From the human T2T-CHM13v2.0 reference genome, Homo sapiens, in assembly GCF_009914755.1 (NCBI RefSeq), contig NC_060932.1: a stretch of DNA of 64,000 nucleotides; one strand, given 5' to 3'. Every line of letters starts with the position of its first letter. Positions within the stretch are counted from its first letter, which is position 1. This document shows positions 48,594-64,000 of this stretch, piece after piece. The notes beneath the pieces are model-generated. The model had not been told where the DNA came from. It saw nothing but the letters and a program-made list of their open reading frames with translations, and ran no database searches. The translations under genes were made by a program, and so were the position numbers.

Positions 48594-49926
48594 TAATTTT
48601 TTGTATTTTTAGTAGAGACGGGGGTTTCACCATGTTATCCAGGATGGTCTCAATCTCCTGACCTCATGATCCACCCGCCTTGGCCTCCCAAAGTGCTGGG
48701 ATTGCAGGTGTGAGTAAATTTTGTTTTTATAAATTACATTTTTTTCTGCTATATTTCATCAATTCTAAAACACATTGAAATATCCGAAGTGGATATATGT
48801 GTTGTAGTTTAATTGGTAGAGTGTTTAAATTTTTTAAAATTATGGTATCATGTAGTTGGTTATGCCATCTTAGATTTGATCAAAGACAGTATTTAAAAAA
48901 ACTGTTAAGATGCCCACATTGAGGTGAATATATAATAGATTTCAAATACTGGATTCTACAAACATACTGACGTGTTCTCATTTGTTAACTGAATACTAAG
49001 CAATTGTGATCAATTTAAACTTAAATGTATTCTATTGAAATATATTTTTAATCTCATACAATTTTTTGAAATATTTTAGAGGCTAAAGTTGAAAATTGGT
49101 TTATCTGGTAAACCTTCATTTCAGCAAAAGAATATTACCTTCTGATTTTTTTTGGTGAATTATATAAATATAGTTTTTAGTATTAAATCTATTTGTATAA
49201 ATTCACAGTGTCTGAATGATGGATGTATTTCAAATTTAAAGTTCAGAAAAAGTGTAGCTGGGCATGGGGCTCACACCTATAATCTCAGTACTTTGGGAGG
49301 CTGAGGCAGGAGGACCCCTTGAGCCTGGGAGTTTGAGACCAGCCTGGGCAGCCTAGCAAGACCTTGTCTCTACTAAAAATATTTTAAAAATTAGCTGCGT
49401 GTGGCGGTGCATGCCTGCAGTCCCAGCTACTCTGGAGGCTGACGTGGAAGGATCTCTTGAGCCTAGGAATTTGAGGCTGTAGTGAGCCATGGCGACAGAG
49501 TCCCTGTCTCAAAACAAACACGCAGACACACATGCACACACACCCCAGCATATGCTTTGATGTCAATAATTGTGTATTATTGACATTATTGACATTATTA
49601 ATGTCAACAAATAGTGTTCTTGAGAGTGGGGTTGTAACTGATGTTTTTGAAACAGCCAGTGGGGGTTATGGGCCCAGTTAGGATTCTGGAACAGTTTTCC
49701 TGAGTGTAGAACTGTGGTGGGGCTTATGATTCATACTCATTTCTTTGCTGGATGAGTGTTAAAAGCGGATAGGATGGCAGACCCACTCAGCAAGGAATTC
49801 CACTGAGGATGCCTTGAAAGGAGCAGGGGCATACCATCCAGAGCACAAGACAGAGTAAAGTTATCACATGAAGGACTCATTTGCTTGAAAAGACTTGACT
49901 TTTCTTAGTGTCCTCAGATATTCTAA

Positions 49927-50094
<168 letters not shown>

Positions 50095-50926
50095 TGAGTA
50101 ACTGGGATTATGGGCTTTCACCACCACGCTGGCTAATTTTTGTATTTTTAGTAGAGATGGGGTTTCACCGTGTTGGCCAGGCTGGTCTCGAACTCCTGGA
50201 CTCAAGTAATCCTCCTGCCTTGGCCTCCCAAAGTGCTGGGACTACAGGCATGAGCCACCACACCTGGCTCATTCCTTGTTTTTTTAAAATAAAATTTATT
50301 GTGTGTATTTAAGGCATATATATCATGTTATGAGATATATAGGAAAATGGTTACTATAGTGAGTCAAATTAACATATTCATCATCTTACAGTTACCTGTT
50401 TTCCTCCCTGTGGCAAGAGCAAAAATCCTGACTATAGCAAACTCTTATTAAAAGTCCTCATGGCTGGGTGCGGGCTCATATCTATAATCCTAGCACTTTG
50501 GGAGGCCGAGGCAGGCTGATCACTTGAGCCCAGGAGTTCGAGACTAGCCTGGGCAACATGGCAAAACCCCGTCTCTACAAAAAATACAAAAATTACCTTG
50601 CATGTTGGCATGCGACTGTAGTCCCAGCAACTTGGGAGGCTAAGGTGGGAGGATCGCTTGAGCCTAGGTGGATGAGGCTGCAGTGAGTTTTGATTAAGCC
50701 ACTGTGCTCTAGCCTGGGCAATAGAGGGAGACCCTGTTGCTAAAAAAAAGAAGAAAGTCCTCATGCTGTTCATTAGATCTGCAGACTTGTTCATCCTACA
50801 TACCTGCTACTTTGTATCCCTTGGTCTATAGCTCCCTATTTCCTTTCCAGCTCCAACCTTGGTAACCACTGTTTTTATTCTGTCTTAATATTTGACCTCT
50901 GTTTTCTTTTCCTTTTTTTTTTTTGA

Positions 50927-51061
<135 letters not shown>

Positions 51062-51074
51062 TGAAGCCAGGCTA

Positions 51075-51254
<180 letters not shown>

Positions 51255-51529
51255 TCAATTGTAGTTTGTCTTTGGATCCATACTGATGTATACATGAGAG
51301 TTTTTTTTAGAATTATGATCAAAATATATGTGCTGCTATTAGGTCTCCCCCACCCCCCCTTTTTTTTTAACTTATACACAATTAATATAATTCATGTAGT
51401 TTAAAATGACTTTATATAATATTTTAAATTATGTGACATAGTTTGCCTGAATGTATACCAATTGGCTTCTTAAGTTTTTGCACTGCCAAATAAACATTTT
51501 TGTTCAGATTGCTTTTCCAACCCCCCTCC

Positions 51530-52361
<832 letters not shown>

Positions 52362-52413
52362 TAGCATTTAAGTCAAATCACAATACATATTTAAAAATTA
52401 TTGTTTTTTTTTT

Positions 52414-52452
<39 letters not shown>

Positions 52453-53198
52453 ATGTATGCTTTTTTTTTTTTTTTTTTTTGAGACTGGGCCCGGGTTCAA
52501 GTGATTCTCCTGCCTCAGCCTCCGCAGGAGCTGGAATTACAGGTACATGCCACTATGCCAGAGCTACTCAGGAGGCTGAGGCAGGAGAATCACTTAAACT
52601 CATGAGGCGGAGGTTGCAGTGAGCTGAGATCATGCCGCTGCACTGTAGCCTGGGTGACAGAGTGACACTCCGTCTCAAAAAAAAAATTGGAAGTTGTATA
52701 CCTTGTAATTATTACTTTTCTCCCCTTGCCTTTCTTTTTTTTTTTTTTTTTTTTGAGACCGAATCTCACTCTGTCACCCAGGCTAGAGTGTGGTGGCGTG
52801 AACAAACATGGCTCACTGCAGCCTCTACCTCCCAGGCTCAAGTGATCCTTCCATGTTAGCCTCCGGAGCAGCTCAGACTACAGCTGTGCACCACCATGCC
52901 TGGCTAATTTTTGCATTTTTTTGTAGAGATGGGGTTTTGCATGTTGCTCAGGCTTGTCTTGAACTCCTGGGCTCAAGCGATCCTCCCACCTTGGCCTCCC
53001 AAAGTGTTAAGATTACAGGTGTGAGCCACCACACCTGGCCAATTAAAAAAAAAAATTTCTTAGGATAGGGTCATGTCTGATGTTCTTAAGTAGTGCTCCA
53101 AATGAAATGAAGGAATATTAATGGAGGAGGAAAATCAGACTTCACTTACTAGTGGGAGGAATAGCAAAGAATTTGTGGCCATCTTTAATTTGGTATAG

Positions 53199-53399
<201 letters not shown>

Positions 53400-53667
53400 T
53401 AGGCTAGAGACGGGGTTTCATCATCTTGTCCAGGCTGGTCTTAAACTCCTGACCTTGTGATCCACCCGCCTTGGCCTCCCAAAGTGCTGGGATTACAGGC
53501 ATGAGCCACTGCCTGGCCGACTCAAAAATATTTTTTCAATTGATGTTGATACATAATATTTTACATATTTTGTGGGGGTACATGTGATCTTTCATTGTGT
53601 GCATAGAATGTATAGATCAAATCTCAGGGTATTTGTGGTATCCAGATTCTTGACTCATGACAGATAG

Positions 53668-53963
<296 letters not shown>

Positions 53964-55268
53964 TCAGAAAAATACGTATATAGGTTATGAAGTTTTAGGA
54001 AGTGACATTTTGGGCATCACAGGGATTGGTTGTTTCTTTTAGAATCAGTCTATGAAAGGATAAGGCTTTAGAAATAATGTGTTTCAGCAGGGATTCTGAC
54101 TAGGGATAGAGGTGGGGGAAGGAAGCAAAGTGATAGGATTTCTCCTTTCTTTTGCCTCTTCTCCCCAGGGCAGTGGGTTGCCTTCCTGTACTAGGCTCTT
54201 GTGTGTTGGTCATTGAGATATATTGGGGTAGACAAAAAGTTGTATGTATACCACTGATACAGTTTAGTAGAAGTATGCAAAGTATAAAAAGAAAGCACTT
54301 TGCTCAGTCATCTGGTTAGGTTCTTAGTAGAGCAAAACTCTCGCTTTATGATGTTACCTCCTCCTTCTTACGCTTCTCCTTCTCTAATTGTGGTTTCTGT
54401 GTCTTGATGCCCTGCTGAACTTTAAGCTCCACAAGAGCAGGACTTTGACTATCATGGCTAGATCATGGGCCTAGCCACAATTCTTTGGCTCACAGTAGAC
54501 ATTTGGTGCTGTTAAAATGGAAATAAATAAATAAAACCAAAGAATTACAACAGTAAAATGAACCACAACTTTGTCTCAGTTAACTGAGTGCTTAACACTT
54601 CTTCCCTGATCATCCTGTTTCTTGGTCTTTTATAACAGCTGATACTTTTCTCCTCCTCTTACCTCCCAATCCATTCCCACGTTGCAGCAAAGTGAAGTTT
54701 ATGCTTAAAACCCCTCCCTGAATCCTCATTGCTGCAGATAAAGGCTGAATTGCTAAGGGTGCCCTTCCAGGCCATTTCTGACTCTTTGCTCTCATACTCA
54801 GTTGCAGTCCCCAAACATTGCCCAGCATTCTCTCTCTCTTTTGTAATGTCCTCCCCACGCCTTTTTTGGCTCCACCCGTCCAATCCTCCCTTTTCTTTTT
54901 AAATAAAATATTTCAAACACCAGGAAAATACGTGAATACACATATACCCACCCTGGCTATTCACATTCTAATAAATTCTTGCTTCAGATTGTTTTTTGGA
55001 AACAGAACATTTCTAGTACATTTAAAGTCCTATTTTCACTTCTTAGTCCTAGGCCACTTTCTCTTTGCCCAGAGGTCATCAATATCCTGATTTTTATTAT
55101 TTGTATTTATTTATTTATTTTGAGACAGAGTCGGACTCCGTCACCCAAAATGGAGTGTAGTGGCGTGATCTTGGCTTACTACAACCTCTGCTTCCTGTGC
55201 AAGTGATCCTCCCGCCTTAGTCTCCTGAGTAGCTGGGACTACAGGTGCGCACCACCATGCCCAGCTAA

Positions 55269-55639
<371 letters not shown>

Positions 55640-57540
55640 TGATTTGCCCATCTCAGTCTCCCAAAGTGTTGGGATTACAGGCATGAGCCACCACACCTGG
55701 CCCAATAATCCTGATTTTTTTTTTTTTTTTTTGAGACAGAGTCTTGCTCTGTCACCCAGGCTGAAGTGCAGTGGCGTGATCCCAGCTCACCGCAACCTCT
55801 GCCTCTTGGGTTCATGCGATTCTCCTGCCTTAGGAGAATTTTTAGTAGAGATGGGTTTGTATTTTTAGTAGAGACGGGTTTGACCATGCTGGCCAGGCTG
55901 GTCTCGAACTCCTGCCCTCAGGTGATCCACCTGCCTTGGCCTCGTAAAGTGTTGGGATTACTGGCGTGAGCCACCGTGCCTCGCCCGACCCCTGATTTTT
56001 AAATATCTTTTCCACTAACACCTTTATACTTTTTGCTACATATGTATATATGTATAAAAACTATGTTTATTTATAGCTTCTATACCAGTTTATTCTAATC
56101 TCAGCAGTGAATGAACTTCCAATATCTACACGTTTGCCCAGATCAAGAATTATCAGACTTAGTATTTGTCAGTTTGGTGGCTAGAATAAGCCGTTATGAT
56201 TCCCTGATTACTGATGAGGTTGAACATATTTTTATGTTTGTTGGTCATTACTGTTTTCTGTAAACCTTATTCCTAATATGTTCTCATTGTTCTCTAGGGT
56301 TTTCTTTTCCTTGTTGATTTCTAGGAGGAATTATTTCTGTATTTTGAATAACGTTCTTGTCTTCTATATGTTATTCACATCCTTTTTCAGTCTGTGGCTT
56401 ATCTTTTCATTTAATCTGCCTATAATTGATTTTTATGTATACTATGAGATCAGATTGGGTTCTAATTTTATTTTTTCATATTGGTAAAGTGTTCCAACAC
56501 CATTAACTTTTCCTACTTTTTTTTTCCTTCTCTTTTGAGACAGGGTTTCACTCTGTGGCCCAGGCTGGAGTGCAGTGGTGTGATCACAGATCACTGCAGT
56601 CTTGACCTCCCTGGGCTCAGGTGATCCCCACCTTCTGAATAGCTGGGACCACAGGCATGTGCCAGCTACCACACCTGGCTAATTTTTGTATTTTTTGTAG
56701 AGATGGGGTCTTGCCATGTTGCCCAGGCTGGTTTCCAACTCCTGGGCTCAGTTGATTGGCCTACCTTTGCCTCCCAAAATGCTGGGTTTACAAGTGTGAG
56801 CCGCCACCATGCCCAGCCTTTTCTACTTTTTTTTTTTTTTTTCTTTTGAAATAACTTCAGATTTGCAGAAAAGTTAACATAAGTAGTACGAAGGATTCCC
56901 ATATACCTTCATGCAGATCCATCAAATGTTGATGTTTAACATTTTTGCTTGCTCTTGTGTGTACTCTCTCTTCCCCCCTCCCTTCACATTCGATTTTGTT
57001 TTTTGGGGGAACCATTCAAGGGTAAGTTAACAGATACTGTCTCTTCACCCCTACATTCTTCAACTAGGACATTTTCTTACAATAGAATTATCAAAATCAG
57101 GAAATTAATGTTGATAGAGGACTATTATCTACCAGCCCTATTCAGATTTCACCACTACTGTTCTTTAAAGCAAAATAATGATAATAATATTTTTCCTGAT
57201 ACCAAGATTGCATTTGGTTGTCATGCCTCTATTCTCTTTACTGACTTTTAGTGTTGCCTCTACTAAGAAGCACATTTTCATATATGATATGTCTGCTTTG
57301 GGGCTTTTCTTTTTCATTAGTCTGTCCATTTCTGTACTGATTCCATATTTTCTTAATGATTTCTTTAGCTGATGAGGAAGTCTTAAAATCTAGGAAAGTG
57401 TCCCCTCTGTTTTTTCTTTTTTTGTTTTGTTTTTGTTTTTGAGACAGTCTCGCTCTGTCTCCCGGGCAGGGGCTTGATCTCGGCTCACTTCAGCCTCCAC
57501 CTCCTGGGTTCAAGCGATTCTGCAGCAGCCTTCCAAGTAG

Positions 57541-57856
<316 letters not shown>

Positions 57857-58541
57857 TAGCCAGGATGGTCTCGATCTCCTGACCTCGTGATCTGCCCACC
57901 TCGGCCTCCCAAAGTGCTGGGATTACAGGCGTGAGCCACTGTGCCCGGCCTTTTTTGTTGTTTTTTTTTTTTTTTTAAGACAGAGTCTCGCTCTGTCGTC
58001 TAGGCTGGAGTGCAGTGGTGCGATCTCGGCTCACTGCAGCCTCCGCCTCTGGAACATTAAATGTTCCAGACCAGTCTGGCCAACACGGTGAAACTCCATC
58101 TTTACTAAAAATACAAAAATTAGCCGGGCATGGTGTTGCACGCCTGTAATCCCAGCTATTTGAGAGGCTGAGGCAGGAGAATAGCTTGAACCTGGGAGGT
58201 GGAGGTTGGCTCGGCTACAGAGCGAGACTCTGTCTCACACACACAAAATAACACAGCAGGTGTATGAGGAACATTAAATGTCTTTCCTAACTTACTGTAT
58301 GCAAATAAAAGTAGATACTTAAGAAATTGTCTAAAAATATTTAGTAAACCCATTTCTACACAGACAAATTAAAAGTTCTGAGAAATCAGGCTAAAATCAC
58401 CTCAAATTTATAAGGTTTGATTAATAAATATTTACCTTTGCATATACACGAAAGCAAAAAAAGGTAGGAATACTTTCAATTTCAGATAACAATAAATTGA
58501 AATCAAGTACAAATTTTGACTCCCCTTCCTAAACTGAATAA

Positions 58542-59015
<474 letters not shown>

Positions 59016-59819
59016 TAACTAAAATTAGGAATTTTGAAAAACCATCCATGAAAATCTCACAAACACATTAAAAAATGTATTATCTAAGGTGCATAAAATT
59101 AAACTCCATATTACCAATAGCATTTAAGAAACTCATATAAAATGATAATGTTTTCTTTAAAGAGACATACTGAAAGCCAAGTCAGTTGTTCACAGGAGGT
59201 GGTTTTGCACCATTATTTGAACTTTGATGTGTGAATTTGCTTTAGAAGTCCATGGTCTGTTTACTCTCTGACAGATTCTGTTTTCACATGCCCCTCACAT
59301 GAAGGTTCACTCCTCATTCTTTTTTTTTTTTTTTTGAGACAGGTTGGGTGGGACTGCTTCAGGATTCTAAAAGACAGTACCTTCTGGTGCACTTTCTAAG
59401 ATGGAACATAATTCTACTCTTTGAAAATCATTAGAGAGTATATATTAATGAACTTTGGCTTCTATGAACTTTCTGGGCATGCCTGTTTGATTGGTGCAGA
59501 GTCCTTGGCTGTAACAGAAACATCAAATAGGGAAAACGATTTCCTTATGGTTGATTGACTTACATCAGTATAAAATTGATGAGGAATTTATATACACGTT
59601 GTATACTGCTGTTAATGTTTGGTACAGTGCTTTCTTTAGTGTTTTCATTTTGAGGGGTTATTAGATTCAGCATTTTCTGGAGCAGAATGCTTTTTAAAGG
59701 GGATTTGGTCTTTTTGGGAAATAATTTATAAAGGTTAATTTGGAAAAAGCTGAATTTAAATACGTGTAGCTCTTATAATTATGAGCTTTTTACATTTACA
59801 CTGACGTTCTTTTGTATAG

Positions 59820-59968
59820 GAGTTAAAGTTCCTCGTAATTTTCGCTTGTTGGAAGAACTTGAAGAAGGACAAAAAGGAGTAGGCGACGGTACAGTTAGCT
59901 GGGGCCTTGAAGATGATGAAGATATGACACTTACAAGGTGGACAGGCATGATTATTGGGCCACCAAGG
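59820..59968 (+). CDS. UBE2V2: UBE2V2 coding exon 2 (149 nt)
   Basis: Encodes (G)[49 protein letters not shown] (UEV domain); AG| acceptor and |GTCAGT donor; 16+149 nt = 55 codons. Confidence 0.97.
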
Positions 59969-60930
59969 GTCAGTGTTATAAATTATATTTTTTCTATTAA
60001 TACTTATTGTTAAAGTTAGCATTTAATTTTATACTATTGATATTAAAATAAGCAATTATGATAACTTCTAAAATAGTTCCTTTTTATTTTGTTTACATTT
60101 ATTGATGCTTCCCACGTGCAGGATATAATGCTCGATTACGTAGAGGATTGGGGGGAGGAAGGTTGATATGGTCATTGCCATCAAAGTTTTGCAGTTTAGT
60201 AAGGGAGAAAAAATCAGTACAAATGACAGATTCTAAATATGACAGAGCAAGTTCACTACGGGACTTTAGAATATGTTTCTTCTAGCTGGAATAATTGAGG
60301 AAGGCTGAACAGTGGAGGAAGTTGCCTTTGGAATGATCCCTAAAGGACTGACTGGTAGGATTTCAGAAGGTGGTGATGGGGATGGAGAACATTCCAGATA
60401 GAGAGGAGAAAAGGTGAGGAAATGGAGGGGGTATGTGGGGAGAGCAGTCATTTTGACGTAACATGTTACCTCTTGTGTGAACCTGAGGGTTTCTAAATTG
60501 GTTTGCATTGAGTGCATGTTGCTATTTGCCCTCTGACACTTCACATGCCATAGAAATGCTGTAGGTCTCAGCTTCTTCATCTATAAAAAGTCTATGATTC
60601 TTACATTTTTTTCTAGTATGGTTGGCAACTGGCCCATTGTACTTTGTCTTTCTTGGGTTTATGAAGTTTTATTTTTACTCAAAGTCTTTTAGTCTTTTTT
60701 TCTAGCTTGGGATTTTTTTTTTTTTTTACATTGCATTCCTTACTTAATGGTCCCATCCACTGCACTCCCTGCAGTGAATCTTTGAAATTTGTCTCTCTAA
60801 TGTTTTTGGCTTGTTGGAAAGAGCACACATTTGAAGGGTTTTTTAAGTCTTTGGTTTTGTATACTGGTTGCTACCTTATGATGAGAGCATTTTAACTGTT
60901 TTGCTCTTGGGTAGAGTTTAGAGTTCCTCC

Positions 60931-60962
<32 letters not shown>
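60931..60962. repeat. (GAT)n microsatellite derived from an antisense Alu tail
   Basis: About 10 TGA/GAT units directly before TTGAGACA of an Alu. Confidence 0.9.
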
Positions 60963-62004
60963 ATTGAGACAACATCTTGTTCAGCCACCCAGGCTGGAGT
61001 GCAGTGGTGTGATCTCAGCATACTGCAATCTCAGCCTCCTGGGCTCAAGCGATCCTTCCACCTCAGCCTCCTGAGGTGGTGTGCACCACCACTGCTGGCT
61101 AATATTTGTAGTTTTTGTAGAGATGGGGTTTCACCATGTCGGCCAGGCTGGTCTCGAACTCCTGGCCTCAAGTGATCCACCTGCCTTGGCCTCCCAAAAT
61201 GCTGGGATTACAGGTGTGAGCCACTGCACCCAGCCCCTCCTGATTATTACAAAAGAAAAATGTATCAGGTAATTAGCAACATTAATTATAGAGAATGAAT
61301 TAGTGTGTGTTTTATGTTGTTTTCTGGTGTTCCTTTGCAAAATTCATGCACACTCCTAAACTGATAGGCTCCCTGTTTACTCCCTTGCTCTATTTTTTCC
61401 TGAAGACATTTTAGGAAGGAAATATAATGTTGATATGTTGATGGATAGAGTTCCATATGACTTGGTATATATAATGGAAGCCTTGATTTTCACTGCCTGT
61501 GAACATCATTACTGTGGTCTGTTTGGTTTAAAAAAAGCGCTTATAATTGATGAACATTCTGACTTACTGATTTGAAGATTTAACAGTCAGAACTTGGTAG
61601 AATATAAATTTGAAATTATTTAGATTTCGTTTTTCTCTAGCCACTGCCTGCAGCAGACTTTAAGAATGTTTTGGAACTTGTGATGAGTTCATCAGTGGTC
61701 TTGTGGGCTGACCCACAGCACAGTTCCTAGCTGTCGTGGACCGGTTCCTGCTTGGTCTTTCACCCGGTTGGGGTCCCCTGCAGGATGCCCCAACTAGTTG
61801 CCATTCCTGGTGTCACCGAACCTCAGGAAACTCTATCCACTGGGATGGGGGTGAAGGCTGCTTCTCTGCAACTCTCTCCCCTCTCAGGGCACACAGACAA
61901 AATGCTACTGTGGTCCTCCATTCCCTGTGGGTGGTGGTTTTGGAGCTGCAGGAGAGAAAAGGTCATAATAGCCTTTCCTCACTTGTCTCAAGCTTCACGC
62001 TGAG

Positions 62005-62440
62005 GCACTTATAATAAAAAGCAGAGAAAAGCATACAAATTTATTTAAGTTTTACATGACATGGGAACATTCAGAAAGGAAGACCCAAAGAAACAGGGAA
62101 ACCGTGTATTTTTATGCTAAATTTGATGAAGAGTGGACAGTGATGCAACAGCGTGATTGGATCTGATGGTAACACACTAGGTAATAAACTGGGGGAACTT
62201 ACCAGGGCCTGTTTGTTCACATTATTCCTGTGTCTTTGGATTTCATTCCTTTCTTGGCATAAGACAAGACCCCTTTGGAGTGGTTCTCATGACCTACCTA
62301 CTTCGTGGGGAGGTCAGCTAGATTTTAGGGTCTGCTTCAGGGGAGAAGGGGGCGAAGGTAAGGTAAGAGTAACCTTGCTTCTGCTGTTTTCTTAAGTGCC
62401 AAGGTGCCGTATTTTGGGATAGTATGTCCTGAACCTCATC
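62005..62440 (-). mobile_element. MER31-like solo LTR (ERV1)
   Basis: Minus strand begins TGATGAGGTTCAGGACATACTATCCCAAAATACGGCACCTTGGCACTTAAGAAAACAGCAGAAGCAAGG, matching the recalled MER31 start. Confidence 0.7.
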
Positions 62441-62734
62441 AGAGACCCCCTCACTTCCTTTGAGTGCCAGGCAGAGGTAGGAGGGTGTGCCCTGCAAAGG
62501 CACAGGCTTCTTCTGGAACTGGCCTCTGCTCACCACCTGATGATCTTCTCTGCATCACCTTCTCAGTTCTCTTGAAGGCAGGTCACAGCAGGCATATTCA
62601 GTTGCCTTTTCATAAAACAGGCAGGAGTTGGTATCTTACCACAGTTGTTTTCTCCTTAGAAGGTGCAATGTTGAGAACAATTTTGTCCCCAGGGTAGAGT
62701 ATCTACATCTAGCCAGGAGAGGAGGAAGACTTTT

Positions 62735-64000
<1,266 letters not shown>

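Noticed and set aside
60933-61175. Poly-Met ORF
   Set aside because: (GAT)n microsatellite fused to an Alu

Overview
Primate (very likely human) genomic DNA, dense in Alu repeats. The only cellular gene is the 5' part of UBE2V2 (MMS2) on the + strand: a CpG-island promoter, coding exon 1 (25240-25255, MAVST-G), a 34.6-kb repeat-filled intron 1 and coding exon 2 (59820-59968, [20 protein letters not shown]...IIGPPR). About 9 kb upstream, on the - strand, lies a full-length but coding-defective class I endogenous retrovirus of the HERV-H/F supergroup (5775-16036). It has two ~480-bp LTRs, a 5-bp ATATC target-site duplication (TSD), a tRNA-Phe primer binding site and gag-pro-pol-env remnants, with a MER11 solo LTR and an AluY nested in pol. 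The provirus sits in an L2 remnant that also received a second ERV1 LTR, which in turn holds an LTR2 and an Alu. A twin-primed (5'-inverted) L1PA lies just upstream of the promoter. The best leads are an intact 59-aa ORF with two hydrophobic segments between the proviral pol stop and env (just under the ORF-track cutoff) and an in-frame, stop-free 81-nt candidate cassette exon in UBE2V2 intron 1. Several templated-repair or hairpin scars are also visible. Repeat subfamily names come from recalled consensus sequences and were not checked against a database.
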